Counted from the stretch's first letter, positions 9,697 to 19,675 are shown. The stretch: DNA of 55,661 bases from an uncultured Uliginosibacterium sp. (GCA_945957295.1 CAMFLH010000001.1:1-55661), one strand, 5' to 3'. Numbers and translations: made by a program. The notes: a model not told the origin generated them from the letters alone.

Positions 9697-10344
9697 TCAG
9701 TTTTTCAGGTACTCGCGCGACAGGGCCTCGAAATGCTCGCGCGAGCGCCCCCTTAGATACGGCGCCACCAAGGCCATCACCTGGTAGGCGCCGCGTGTGA
9801 ATCCAGCCCCTTCGATCTTGCCGCGCGGATCACGCGCATATTCAAAACTCAGCCAGAAGGTCGATAGCACGACCATGTTCACCGCAAGTGTCTGGATCTC
9901 GGCCTTGGTCGCCTCCATCTCACCGTTGCTGACCAGACCTTCGCACAGAGCGGCCGCGGTGCGGCCCTTGTGCGCGAGGATCGCGCGAAGGTGGGTTTCG
10001 AGCAGGCGGTTGCGCGACAACAGGTCGGCCAGGTCGCGATAGAGGAAGCGGTACTTCCAGATCAGTTCGAACAGCAGGTGCAGGAAGAGCCAGATGTCCT
10101 CCACGGTGCTGCGGCCGCCGGCGGGCGCAGCCAATGTTGCGGTGATCTCGCGCTCGAACTGGCCGAAGAGTTCTTCGAGCAGTTCGTCCTTGCTGTGAAA
10201 GTGGTAATAGAGGTTGCCCGGCGAGATATCGAGCTCGTCAGCGATCGTGGTGGTGCTGACGTTGTGCTCGCCAAAGTCGTTGAAGAGCCGCAGGCTGGCT
10301 TCAAGAATCCGCTCGCGAGTGCGCCGTTTCGGCTTGCGCTCCAT
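9697..10344 (-). CDS. TetR-family regulator, PhaD-like
   Basis: TRERILE.SL.LFN..GE.NVST..IA.EL.ISPGNLYYHF..K resembles Pseudomonas PhaD; lies in a phasin-containing cluster. Confidence 0.85.
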   Translation of the reverse strand: MERKPKRRTRERILEASLRLFNDFGEHNVSTTTIADELDISPGNLYYHFHSKDELLEELFGQFEREITATLAAPAGGRSTVEDIWLFLHLLFELIWKYRFLYRDLADLLSRNRLLETHLRAILAHKGRTAAALCEGLVSNGEMEATKAEIQTLAVNMVVLSTFWLSFEYARDPRGKIEGAGFTRGAYQVMALVAPYLRGRSREHFEALSREYLKN

Positions 10345-10410
10345 ACCCCTCCTCCCCCAAGTCAGGAACCCAAGCGTATCACCGCGCCATCCGCGCCGCG
10401 TTTGCGTGAC

Positions 10411-10439
10411 AACAAAAGGCCGCGGTCCTGCCGCGGCCT
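10411..10439 (-). terminator. Rho-independent terminator after the patatin gene
   Basis: Minus strand AGGCCGCGG-CAGGA-CCGCGGCCT followed by TTTGTT. Confidence 0.65.
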
Positions 10440-10458
10440 CTAGGCTCATGCCTGTTGC

Positions 10459-11685
10459 TCAAACCTCGCGCGCCTTGATCCACGCATCCAGCTCGTCAAG
10501 CGTGTGCCTCAGCGTGACGGCCACCCGCGCGAGCCCACGCACCGGCTCAAGACCGGGCAATTTGTCGTCGAGCAGGCTGCGGTGCGGATCGCGCAGCACA
10601 TCGGTGCGCAGGCGGATGCCGTGCCGCGCAAGGATCGGCCGCAGCATATGGCGCCGCCGCCACAAATCACGTCGCGTCATCTGGTAGGCGTGCTCGCACA
10701 GCGTATGGCGATCGCGATAGCTGAAGACGTTGGTGAAAAACATCGCCGCATCGTCGGCATGCGGTTCAAACAACAGCACATCGGCATCCGGGTACTGATG
10801 CTGGTAGCGGTCCATGCCGGTCCGCATGCGCGAATGGATGATCGCGCGGAAGGTCTGCGACAGCACCACCGGCAAGCCGCCCTCCACCAACTTATGGCGC
10901 TCCTTGCCGCCGCGCTTTTCTGCCAGTTGCGCGTCGAACGGCACCAGCGGGTTGATGCACAGCACCAGCTTCGCGCCCTGTTTGAGCGCTACCGAAGCGT
11001 GCAGCGTCTTGATCAGTGCGCCATCAACAAAGTAACGGCCACGCACCCGCACCGGAGGAAACAGCCCCGGCAGCGCCGAGCTGGCCTGTACTGCACGCGA
11101 GATCGGTACGTCTTCCCACCCCTCAGAGCCCAATGGCACCGATTCACCCGAATCGAGATCGGTTGCGACGAGGAAGAGCTTGTTCTTTAGCTTGCGGAAG
11201 TCATTGGTGCGGCCAGGTGCGCGAAACAGCTGCGACAGGAAGCGGCCAATGCCAGCGTTGTTGAACACGCCCGTGGGCAAGGCGCGCCCAAGCCGCGCGA
11301 AAGATTCGTAGAGCCCGCGGTCAAAAGGATCCGCGAGGAATTGTTTGAGCGACCTCCACAGCAGCGGCGGCACGCTGCTTGCGCGGTTCCAGTACTCACG
11401 AAAAGCGGGTTTGAGCAGCAACTCCGGGTCGAAGACCTCTTCGCTCTTGCCGTTGTCGATCAACATGTGCGTCAAGCGCGCGGGCGAAATACCGTTGGCG
11501 AGCGCGGCCGCGATGAAGCTGCCAGAGCTCACGCCCACGTAAATGTCGGCTGCGTTGAAATCGAGCCCTTCCATCGACTCGGCCAGCGCCGCGATCGCGC
11601 CTACCTCATAGATGCCACCGAGCGGCCCGCCCCCCGCCAGCGCGATACCGATCTTGCTCACCGTCGCTTTGTCATCAGCGCTCAT
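10459..11685 (-). CDS. Patatin-like phospholipase/esterase
   Basis: ALAGGGPLG oxyanion loop, GVSSG nucleophile motif, ASSALPGLFPPV and VDGA. Start at ATG 11685. Confidence 0.88.
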   Translation of the reverse strand: MSADDKATVSKIGIALAGGGPLGGIYEVGAIAALAESMEGLDFNAADIYVGVSSGSFIAAALANGISPARLTHMLIDNGKSEEVFDPELLLKPAFREYWNRASSVPPLLWRSLKQFLADPFDRGLYESFARLGRALPTGVFNNAGIGRFLSQLFRAPGRTNDFRKLKNKLFLVATDLDSGESVPLGSEGWEDVPISRAVQASSALPGLFPPVRVRGRYFVDGALIKTLHASVALKQGAKLVLCINPLVPFDAQLAEKRGGKERHKLVEGGLPVVLSQTFRAIIHSRMRTGMDRYQHQYPDADVLLFEPHADDAAMFFTNVFSYRDRHTLCEHAYQMTRRDLWRRRHMLRPILARHGIRLRTDVLRDPHRSLLDDKLPGLEPVRGLARVAVTLRHTLDELDAWIKAREV

Positions 11686-11870
11686 GTTGTCTCCTCCGCC
11701 ATGTTGCCGCAGCCCTGCTGCGCAGCTGAACCGCACAAACAGGCTGCAAGCGTGACAAGGCCGTGGCTCCATGCAGGCAGCCACGGCCTCGGCCGGATCC
11801 GGTCACGACACTGCCGCTACCGAGTCTCGGGCAGGAGCCGCGCCAGCTGCGGCTCCGAAACCAATCCGGA

Positions 11871-12314
11871 TTACTCGGCGGCTTTGGCAGCAGCGCGGCG
11901 ACGTGCCGGCTTTTCTTCGCCAGCCACTTCCGCGGCTTCGGCTTCTTCGGTGAGCTTCTGCACCAGCGCGGTCAGTTCTGCTACGCGCTTGGTCAGCTTG
12001 TCGATGTCCTTCTTGGTCGGCACGCCAAGGCTCGACAGCGCACGCGAAACACGCTCTTCGAACACGTTCTCAAGCTTGTCCCAGGCACCGGCCATCTTGC
12101 CAGCAGCGTCCGCGATCTTGGCGTCGGCTTCCTTCTTGGTGCGCGACTGGATGACTTCGCCTTCCTTCACGAGCGCTTCAAATACCTTGTTGCCCTCTTC
12201 CTGAGCCTTCGCAAAGGCGCCAAGGCCGGCCAACCAGATCTGGCTGGCAGAATCCTTGATGGTTTGGGCGAGTTGGCTGTCAGCACCGGAAAGCGACTTG
12301 AGTTTCTTGACCAT
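11871..12314 (-). CDS. PHA-granule-associated phasin (PhaF/PhaI-like)
   Basis: QIWLAGLGAF.KAQEEG.K.FE.LVKEGE, WDKLE.VFE.RV.RAL..LGVP; short basic Ala-rich tail. Confidence 0.88.
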   Translation of the reverse strand: MVKKLKSLSGADSQLAQTIKDSASQIWLAGLGAFAKAQEEGNKVFEALVKEGEVIQSRTKKEADAKIADAAGKMAGAWDKLENVFEERVSRALSSLGVPTKKDIDKLTKRVAELTALVQKLTEEAEAAEVAGEEKPARRRAAAKAAE

Positions 12315-12418
12315 GGTGAACTCCTTCTGGATCGGTTTGCCTGTCTTGCCGCCCGTGAGTCCGAAGGCTTGTGGTGAGCGGCCAGTTCTTGTTACGGGTT
12401 CCAGTGTAGGGAGTCGCT

Positions 12419-12458
12419 CTAGAGGGCACACACTAATCCCCTAGGGAGGGCAGTCTAA
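12419..12458. promoter_or_regulatory. Two tandem 18-bp imperfect palindromes, candidate TetR operators
   Basis: CTAGAGGGCACACACTAA (12419-12436) and CTAGGGAGGGCAGTCTAA (12441-12458), both CTAG-N10-CTAA and 22 bp apart, in the divergent phasin/reductase intergenic region. Confidence 0.45.
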
Positions 12459-12650
12459 AAAGCATTTACCCGGACTGCATCAACAGGGAGCCACTCCCTG
12501 CCCGGCATCATTCGACAACCGGGACACAGCAACGATGCCCAGACAGTGAAGTCTTGCGCTTGCGCGGCCACATGCCTCGGTTAGGATCACGAAATTCCGG
12601 CCCTCGGGGGAGAAGCCGGCAGAAAGAACCTGAAAACAGCGGAGGGAACC

Positions 12651-14654
12651 ATGAATTACTTCATCACCGGCGCGACCGGCTTCATCGGGCGGCGACTGGT
12701 TCGCAAACTCCTCGATCGCCCGGAAGGCACGATCTTCTTCCTTGCTCGCAAGGAAGAGGCCGAGCTAATCGAAACACTGCGCAGCGAGTACTGGTCTGCC
12801 GGTTGCGACCGCGTCGTCGCAATTTATGGGGATCTGCGCGAAGACGGCCTCGGCGTCACGAAAACGGATCTGCGCAAACTCAAGAACAAGGTGACGCACT
12901 TCTTCCACCTCGCCGCAATCTACGACCTGAAAGCGAGCGCGGAGATCCAGCAGAAGGTGAACGTCGAAGGCACCCGCCGCGTCGTGCAGTTCGCTGAAGA
13001 GTTGGGCGCCAAGCACTTCCACCTGTTCAGTTCGATCGCCTCGGCCGGCATGTTCGAAGGCCTGTTCCGCGAAGACATGTTCGAAGAAGCCGAGGGGCTC
13101 GATCACCCCTACTTCTCGACCAAGCATGAGTCCGAGCGCATCGTGCGCGAGGAATGTAAGGTGCCGTTCCGCATCTATCGCCCCGGCATCGTCGTGGGCG
13201 ACTCGCGCACCGGCGAGATGGACAAGATCGACGGCCCTTACTACTTCTTCAAACTCATCCAGCGTCTGCGCAACATGCTGCCGCCCTGGATGCCGGCCGT
13301 CGGCCTTGAAGGCGGCCGGATCAACATCGTGCCGGTGAACTTCATCGTCGATGCCGTGGATCACATCTCCCACGCCAAGAGCGAGGACGGCAAGTGCTTC
13401 CACCTTGTCGACCCGACCCCCTACCGCGTTGGCGACATCCTCAACATCTTCGCGCGAGCCGGCCATGCGCCACAGATGTCGATCCGCATCAATGCGGCGC
13501 TGTTCTATTTCATCCCGAAGGGCATCCGCAAGGCGATCCTGTCGCTCACGCCGGTCAAGCGCGTGATCAATGCGGTAATGAAAGACCTGGGCTTGCCCGA
13601 CGAGGTGTTCACCTTCGTCAATTACCCGACCCGCTTCGATGCGCGCGAAACCCAACGCGTACTGCGCGGCAGCGGCATTGAGGTGCCGCGACTTGAGGAC
13701 TACGCCTGGCGCCTGTGGGACTACTGGGAGCGCCATCTCGACCCGGATCTCTTCGTCGATCGCACGCTGCGCGGCAACGTGAAGAGCAAGGTCGTGCTGG
13801 TCACCGGCGGTTCGTCAGGCATCGGCAAAGCGACGGCCTACAAGCTCGCCGAAGCCGGCGCCACCACCGCGATCTGCGGCCGCGATGTCGAAAAGCTCGA
13901 AGAAACGCGCAAGGAGTTCCAGGCGGCTGGGCTCACCGTGCATACCTACCAGGCCGACGTATCGGACGAAAAGTCGTGTGCCGATCTGGTCGCTGCGTTG
14001 AACGAGCAGTTCGGCGGCGTCGACATCCTGGTCAACAACGCCGGCCGTTCGATCCGCCGTGCGATCGAGAACAGCTTCGACCGCTTCCATGACTTCGAAC
14101 GCACGATGCAGACCAACTACTTCGGCGCACTGCGGATCACGATGGGCGTGCTGCCCAAGATGATCGAAAAGCGCCGCGGCCATGTGATCAACATCTCGTC
14201 GATCGGTGTGCTGACGAACGCGCCGCGTTTCTCGGCCTATGTCGCGTCGAAATCGGCACTTGATTCGTGGACCCGCTGCGCCGCCTCGGAATTCGCCGAC
14301 CGCGGCATCGAGTTCACGACGATCAACATGCCGCTGGTGCGCACGCCGATGATCGCGCCGACCGAGATGTACAAGGATGTGCCGACACTGGCGCCGGAGG
14401 ATGCGGCCGATCTCGTGGTCGAAGCGATCATCCACAAACCCGTCCGTATCGCGACCCGCCTTGGCATCTTCGGCCAGGTGATCCATGCGTTGCTACCCAA
14501 GGCCGCGCAGGCGATCATGAATACCACCTTCCGCATGTTCCCGGATTCCACCGCGGCACAGGGCGGCACCGGCAGCGGCGAGAAGAAGTCGCTGTCGAGC
14601 CCGACAGCGGATCAAGTGGCGTTCAGCCAGTTGATGCGTGGCATCCACTTCTGA
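12651..14654 (+). CDS. Two-domain fatty acyl-CoA reductase-like SDR (Marinobacter Maqu_2507 type)
   Basis: 667 aa. N-terminal extended SDR (MNYFITGATGFIG, HLAAIYDL, YFSTKHESE) fused to a classical SDR (VTGGSSGIG, NNAGRSIRR, YVASKSAL). Confidence 0.85.
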   Translation: MNYFITGATGFIGRRLVRKLLDRPEGTIFFLARKEEAELIETLRSEYWSAGCDRVVAIYGDLREDGLGVTKTDLRKLKNKVTHFFHLAAIYDLKASAEIQQKVNVEGTRRVVQFAEELGAKHFHLFSSIASAGMFEGLFREDMFEEAEGLDHPYFSTKHESERIVREECKVPFRIYRPGIVVGDSRTGEMDKIDGPYYFFKLIQRLRNMLPPWMPAVGLEGGRINIVPVNFIVDAVDHISHAKSEDGKCFHLVDPTPYRVGDILNIFARAGHAPQMSIRINAALFYFIPKGIRKAILSLTPVKRVINAVMKDLGLPDEVFTFVNYPTRFDARETQRVLRGSGIEVPRLEDYAWRLWDYWERHLDPDLFVDRTLRGNVKSKVVLVTGGSSGIGKATAYKLAEAGATTAICGRDVEKLEETRKEFQAAGLTVHTYQADVSDEKSCADLVAALNEQFGGVDILVNNAGRSIRRAIENSFDRFHDFERTMQTNYFGALRITMGVLPKMIEKRRGHVINISSIGVLTNAPRFSAYVASKSALDSWTRCAASEFADRGIEFTTINMPLVRTPMIAPTEMYKDVPTLAPEDAADLVVEAIIHKPVRIATRLGIFGQVIHALLPKAAQAIMNTTFRMFPDSTAAQGGTGSGEKKSLSSPTADQVAFSQLMRGIHF

Positions 14655-14672
14655 GCTTGGTACGACAAAGCA

Positions 14673-14698
14673 AAACGGCCACCGCAAGGTGGCCGTTT
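14673..14698. terminator. Bidirectional intrinsic terminator
   Basis: AAACGGCCACC-GCAA-GGTGGCCGTTT between convergent genes. Confidence 0.8.
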
Positions 14699-14717
14699 CA
14701 TTTGCAGCCAGCGCTGC

Positions 14718-15620
14718 TCAAACCCCCGCCAGCTCCCGCAGCACATGATTGATGACGCGCCGGGAATACGTCATGTGGATGTGACCAACGCCGGCCATCG
14801 CCACGTTCCTCGCGCCAGTCACGCCACACGGCCCCTGCGGCATGATGAAGTTATCGTGGGCGCTGTAGATCGACACCAGCGGCACCGCGATCGAACCCGG
14901 CAATTCTCGGAGGAAGGTGCTGCCCGGCAACATCTCCTGCGCACACGCCCCCACGCCGAGCCGTGCGATCTCGGTACCGTGATGCGGCGTACCAAGCGTA
15001 ATGACAGCTCTCACCGCCCCATCGCCAAAGCGCGCAACGTAGTGTCGCGCAACCAGCCCCCCCATTGAATGCCCGATCAGGATCACGCGCTCGGCGCCGG
15101 ATTCCAGCAAGGCTTCGTCAATGCGACGCGCCAATTGCTTTGCAAAGCTGGCGATGCTCGCGCCCGCAGGCTCCAGGTTCACCGTAAGTACCGGCCAACC
15201 AGCCCGGCGCAAGGCCGCATGCAGGCGCACCCAGGTACCGCGGTTGCAACGGTAACCGTGAATCAACACGATGGGCGTACGCGCCTGCCTGCGACCTTCG
15301 ATTCGATCATGGGGAATCCAGCGGCGCTCGAATGGCATGAATACCACCGACGTCAGCACGAAGGCCACGACTTCCTTGAACACCAGCTTTAGCGTCGCAA
15401 GCGGACTGAGCCTTAGCCCCTCGGGCGGCGCGGCGCCCCAGACGATCGAGCAGACGAAGGTGACGCCGATGATGAACGTACGCACGGCCAGCATGCCACC
15501 CAGCAGCAAGCTCGGAATGCTCAAGTAACCCCATCCCCAGAACGCCATACCATACACAGCGATACCCAGCCAGATGAGGACTTCAACCAACAGCGCAAAA
15601 CGAAGCTGCAACGCAATCAT
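14718..15620 (-). CDS. Membrane-anchored alpha/beta-hydrolase (lipase/esterase)
   Basis: N-terminal TM segments; LIHGY.CN, GHSMGG, TLGTPHHGT, HDN and GH catalytic motifs. Confidence 0.85.
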   Translation of the reverse strand: MIALQLRFALLVEVLIWLGIAVYGMAFWGWGYLSIPSLLLGGMLAVRTFIIGVTFVCSIVWGAAPPEGLRLSPLATLKLVFKEVVAFVLTSVVFMPFERRWIPHDRIEGRRQARTPIVLIHGYRCNRGTWVRLHAALRRAGWPVLTVNLEPAGASIASFAKQLARRIDEALLESGAERVILIGHSMGGLVARHYVARFGDGAVRAVITLGTPHHGTEIARLGVGACAQEMLPGSTFLRELPGSIAVPLVSIYSAHDNFIMPQGPCGVTGARNVAMAGVGHIHMTYSRRVINHVLRELAGV

Positions 15621-15732
15621 TCGGGCGAAACCCCAAGCGGGAGGAGAACACCCGCATGGTACCTCCCCCAAGTGCCGGACGATTAGGGCCGCCGCCCTAC
15701 TGCGACGAAGGGCCGTTGCTATCATTCATGCC

Positions 15733-16446
15733 ATGGACGGCGACAAACACGACATCTCCGAACGCCTCATCCAGCACATGACCGCCGCCAGTGCGCTACG
15801 CGCACGTGAGCAAGACGACGAGGCTTGGCGGCACGACCGGCACGCCCTGCGCGCCTGGCAGGCTGGACGGCTGGCCAGTACGCACGCCGATCTGCTGGAG
15901 AGCGAACGCTACCGGCCCGCAGCGGAGTTCTTCCTGAACGAACTGTACGGGCCCAAGAACTTCGCCGAGCGCGACGCTGCTCTGGCCCGCGTGCAGCCGA
16001 TGCTGTCGCGCTTTCTGCCGCGTTCGGCGCTCGAGACGATCTGCCGCGCCGTGGAACTCGATGCCTTGTCAGAAACGCTCGACGCCGCAATGGTCGACGC
16101 CCTGCGTGCTGGCGCACCGGGGGCGGCAATCGAGGACGAAACCTACGCCGCGGCCTATCGCAAGGTCGGTCGCCGCGCGGAGCGTGATCGCCAGATCGCG
16201 CTGATCCGCGATGTCGGCGAAGCGCTGGACGAACTCACACATCACCCGATGATCCGCGGCATGCTGCGTCTGATGGGCGGACCAGCCCGCGCGGTGGGCC
16301 TCGGCGCGCTGCATACCTTCCTTGTGCGGGGATTCGAGGCCTTCGCACACATGGAAGGCGCCGCGCACTTCCTCGACTGCATCATCGAGCGTGAACAGGC
16401 TTTGTCGGACCAGTTCTTCGACGGCACCGTGAAACGCTGCCGTTAA
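15733..16446 (+). CDS. FFLEELY-motif conserved hypothetical protein
   Basis: WQA.RL..T.ADLL...RY.PAA.FFLNELYGP.NF..RD. Confidence 0.8.
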   Translation: MDGDKHDISERLIQHMTAASALRAREQDDEAWRHDRHALRAWQAGRLASTHADLLESERYRPAAEFFLNELYGPKNFAERDAALARVQPMLSRFLPRSALETICRAVELDALSETLDAAMVDALRAGAPGAAIEDETYAAAYRKVGRRAERDRQIALIRDVGEALDELTHHPMIRGMLRLMGGPARAVGLGALHTFLVRGFEAFAHMEGAAHFLDCIIEREQALSDQFFDGTVKRCR

Positions 16447-16452
16447 CCGAAA

Positions 16453-16474
16453 ACACCCCGCCGCAGCGGGGTGT
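16453..16474. terminator. Hairpin terminator between convergent genes
   Basis: ACACCCCGC-CGCA-GCGGGGTGT, preceded by an A-run (U-tail on the minus strand). Confidence 0.7.
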
Positions 16475-16491
16475 CGCGCACGCAGATCGCG

Positions 16492-17676
16492 TCAGAGGCG
16501 TTCGATCACACCGGCGATGCCCTGACCGCCACCGATGCACATCGTGATCAGGCCGTAGCGCTTGCCGGTACGGATCAGTTCGTAGATCGCCTTGACGGTC
16601 AGGATCGCGCCGGTCGCACCGATCGGATGACCCAACGCCACCGCACCGCCGTTCACGTTCACCTTAGCGGGATCCAGCCCCAGGCCGCGCGTCACGCACA
16701 GCGCCTGCGCGGCAAATGCTTCGTTCGACTCGACCACATCCAGATCGGCAGCCGACAGCCCTGCTCGCTTGAGCGCCAACTCGACTGCCGGGATCGGGCC
16801 GGTGCCCATCAGTGCCGGATCAACACCCGCATGCCCATACGAAACCAGCCGTGCGAGCGGCTTCAGGCCGGCACGCGCAGCCGCCTCGGCCTCCATCATC
16901 ACCAAGGCCGCGGCGCCGTCGTTGATGCCGGAGGCGTTGCCCGCGGTGACCGAGCCATCTTTCTTGAACACCGCCTTGAGCTTCGCCATGCCCTCAAGCG
17001 TCGCATCGCGCCGGAAGTGTTCATCGGTGTCAAAGAAGGTTGAGCCTTTCTTCGATACCAGTTCGATCGGCAGGATCTGGTCGCGGAAATGACCAGCGTC
17101 GGTGGCGGCCGCAGCACGGCGGTGCGACTCAACCGCAAAGGCGTCCTGGTCTTCGCGGGAGATGCCAAACTTCTCGGCAACGTTCTCAGCCGTGATCCCC
17201 ATGTGGGTGGCCTCAAACGGGTCGGTCAGCGCGCCGACCATCATGTCGAGCACCTTTGCGTCACCCATCCGTGCGCCCCAGCGGGCCGCCGGCATCAGGT
17301 AACCACCACGGCTCATGACCTCGGCGCCACCAGCGATCGCGACATCGCAATCACCGAGCTGGATCGCGTTCGCCGCGCTGACCACGGCCTGGAAGCCGGA
17401 ACCGCACAGCCGGTTGAGCGTGAGCGACACGCTTTCCTTGGGCACCCCGCCGTTGATCGTGGCGACCCGCGACAGGTACATGTCCTTCGGCTCGGTATGT
17501 ACCACGTTGCCGAACACCACATGCCCCACCAGCGCCGGATCGATCTTGGCGCGGGCAACGGCCTCACGCAGCACACGCGCCGCGAGCTCAGTCGGCGCGA
17601 AATCCTTCAGCGTGCCGCCGTAGGTACCGATCGGCGTGCGTACGCCGCTGACAAATACAACTTCCCGCTTCCCCAT
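16492..17676 (-). CDS. bktB: Beta-ketothiolase (BktB-like acetyl-CoA C-acyltransferase)
   Basis: NRLCGSG, NEAFAAQ, GHPIGATG and MCIGGGQG motifs; HTEPKDMYLSRVA is typical of the BktB subfamily. Confidence 0.9.
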   Translation of the reverse strand: MGKREVVFVSGVRTPIGTYGGTLKDFAPTELAARVLREAVARAKIDPALVGHVVFGNVVHTEPKDMYLSRVATINGGVPKESVSLTLNRLCGSGFQAVVSAANAIQLGDCDVAIAGGAEVMSRGGYLMPAARWGARMGDAKVLDMMVGALTDPFEATHMGITAENVAEKFGISREDQDAFAVESHRRAAAATDAGHFRDQILPIELVSKKGSTFFDTDEHFRRDATLEGMAKLKAVFKKDGSVTAGNASGINDGAAALVMMEAEAAARAGLKPLARLVSYGHAGVDPALMGTGPIPAVELALKRAGLSAADLDVVESNEAFAAQALCVTRGLGLDPAKVNVNGGAVALGHPIGATGAILTVKAIYELIRTGKRYGLITMCIGGGQGIAGVIERL

Positions 17677-17703
17677 TTCGATTTCCCCCCGGAAATGAAC
17701 GCA

Positions 17704-18630
17704 TCAACCCCCTGCCCAGCCGGCGATCCCGACCAGCAGGATCACGACCAGGAACAAAACCAGCGTGCGCCGGATCAGGCCCACCGCGCTGTACATGAAA
17801 TCCACATCCGCATCGTCGCCCGTGCCAAGCTCTGGCCGTTCGACGACTTCCCCCGCGTTGTGGATCGGGTTGCCAAGCCGCACACCAATTGCACCAGCGC
17901 CTGCCGCCAGCAGCACGCCCTCGACCTTGTCGTGCCAGAGCGCGGCCTGCGTACGCCAGCAATAGATGGCGTCTTCGAAGTCGCCCATGATCGAGAACGC
18001 TACGGCGGTAATGCGCGCCGGTAGCCAGTCGATCATCTCGAAGGCGCGGCGCGCAAAGCGTCCGAACTCGGTGAAGCCCGGCTCACGGCCCTCGGCCCAG
18101 AGGTAAGCAAACCGCTCCGATAGCCGATACAGCACCACGCCACTCGGCCCCGGAAACAGCAGGAACATCGGGAACAGCGCGAACACCTGACGGTGCCCGA
18201 CGATCAGCCCCTTCTCGATCGCCAGCCGCGCAACCTCGGAAGGCGGCGTGCGGTCGTGGCGACCACCACGCCAGTCCGACAGCAGGCTGCGTGCGCGCTC
18301 GGTATCCTGCGCGCGCAGCGAGGCGTGAATGCGACCGTAGAAGTGACTGTGCTGGCGATAGCCCATGCCGAAATACAGCACGACCACGTTGAAGACGATC
18401 GCGGCAATCGGCTGCACGAAGAACAATGCGGCGTAGATCAGCGCAGTAGCGACTGAGGGAACCAGCACAGCGATGCACCAGGCAATCGTGCCGTGGCGCG
18501 CCTGACCGTCGTTGAGGCGGTCTTCGAGCAGATGGGCGAGTGCCTCGACCGGCTCCTCGACGAAACGGCGCCAAGGCAGGGGGCGAAGCTGTTCCAGCAG
18601 GATGGCAACAAGGAGCGAAAGCAGCGTCAT
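17704..18630 (-). CDS. CobD/CbiB-family (AmpE-like) membrane protein
   Basis: LLEQ.RPL, HRQVF, PGPSG..LYR, DWLPAR.TA..F...G.FEDA..CWR; adjacent to the CoA pyrophosphatase gene. Confidence 0.82.
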   Translation of the reverse strand: MTLLSLLVAILLEQLRPLPWRRFVEEPVEALAHLLEDRLNDGQARHGTIAWCIAVLVPSVATALIYAALFFVQPIAAIVFNVVVLYFGMGYRQHSHFYGRIHASLRAQDTERARSLLSDWRGGRHDRTPPSEVARLAIEKGLIVGHRQVFALFPMFLLFPGPSGVVLYRLSERFAYLWAEGREPGFTEFGRFARRAFEMIDWLPARITAVAFSIMGDFEDAIYCWRTQAALWHDKVEGVLLAAGAGAIGVRLGNPIHNAGEVVERPELGTGDDADVDFMYSAVGLIRRTLVLFLVVILLVGIAGWAGG

Positions 18631-18769
18631 GTGGGGTATTTGAGCGCGGTGGAGCCCGCATCCGGGCGGACTTCTTAGTGCACCGCAAGATACCACATCC
18701 GCCCTGCCCGATTGACGTCAAAGCCTTGCCTGACGCGGCTCGGCAACAATCTGCCGAGGCAGGGCCAGG

Positions 18770-19381
18770 TCAACCTTCGAGCACCTCGACGAGGTTACGG
18801 ATGATGCCCGCGGTAGCGCCCCAGACGTAATAGTCGCCCCAAGGCATCGCCCAGTACTGCCGCATGCGGCCGCGCCAGAAAATCTCATGGCGCTGGTGAT
18901 TGGCGCGATCGAGGAAGAAGCCAAGCGGCACCTCGAAGACTTCTGCGACTTCGAACGAGTCAGGAGCCAAGCTCAACGGCGGACGCGTCGTTGCAACCAG
19001 CGGCGTGATGCGAAAACCGGTGCTGGTATCGAACTCAGGTAGTTCGCCCAGCAACTCGATCACATCGGGCTGCAAACCCGTTTCCTCCGCGGTTTCGCGC
19101 AAGGCCGCATCGGTGGGCGAAGCATCGCTGGCCTCGATCCGCCCGCCGGGGAAGCTGATCTGGCCTGGATGGTGATGCAGATGCGCCGTGCGCCGCGTCA
19201 GCAGCACCTGCAGGCCATATTCGCGCTGCACCAGCAGCACCAGTACGGCCGCAGCCATCAGCTGCGCATCGAACGCGCTCGATAACGGCCGTGACGCAGA
19301 AGCGAGCCGGGCGCGGATCAGTTCTACATCGAAGCGCAAATCGCGATCCGGCTTGTCTGCGCTATCTCGCCGCATACGCAA
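18770..19381 (-). CDS. nudL: Nudix CoA pyrophosphatase
   Basis: AAVL, LLTRR..HL..HPGQISFPGG, ALRET.EE.G Nudix box, VWGATA. Confidence 0.88.
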   Translation of the reverse strand: MRMRRDSADKPDRDLRFDVELIRARLASASRPLSSAFDAQLMAAAVLVLLVQREYGLQVLLTRRTAHLHHHPGQISFPGGRIEASDASPTDAALRETAEETGLQPDVIELLGELPEFDTSTGFRITPLVATTRPPLSLAPDSFEVAEVFEVPLGFFLDRANHQRHEIFWRGRMRQYWAMPWGDYYVWGATAGIIRNLVEVLEG

Positions 19382-19393
19382 GCCGGGCGAGGT

Positions 19394-19588
19394 TCAAGCG
19401 TAGGTGTTGACGAGCGCTCCGGGTTGCCCGGCTTGCACCGCCGGCGGCTGCGGCAAAGCCTGCACCAGTTGCAGCGCAGACTGGCCTTGCATTTCCAGAC
19501 TCTTCTTCAACACGGCGACCTGTGCCGCCCCCTTGACGGTGCCGAGCGCCTGCTCCGACACCGTTGCCGAAATACCTGCCGTATCCAT
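19394..19588 (-). CDS. YjfB-family small protein (putative motility protein)
   Basis: 64 aa; VAVLKKSLEMQ...A.QL...LP and terminal G..VNTYA; RBS AGGAGG. Confidence 0.8.
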   Translation of the reverse strand: MDTAGISATVSEQALGTVKGAAQVAVLKKSLEMQGQSALQLVQALPQPPAVQAGQPGALVNTYA

Positions 19589-19627
19589 GTCCTGCCTCCT
19601 GCCGGGGCAACAACGCCCACAATCGGA

Positions 19628-19654
19628 TTAACGGCAGCCGCCGCCCAAGCTTGA
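19628..19654 (-). promoter_or_regulatory. Putative sigma-28 (FliA) promoter
   Basis: Minus strand TCAA-N15-GCCGTTAA, 40 bp upstream of the YjfB-family start. Confidence 0.65.
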
Positions 19655-19675
19655 ACAGGATGGCAGGCAGCGCAA

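Noticed and set aside
18631-18769. Possible cobalamin riboswitch upstream of the CobD/CbiB-family gene
   Set aside because: No B12-box or other conserved riboswitch motifs seen, only a short hairpin, and no other cob genes nearby.
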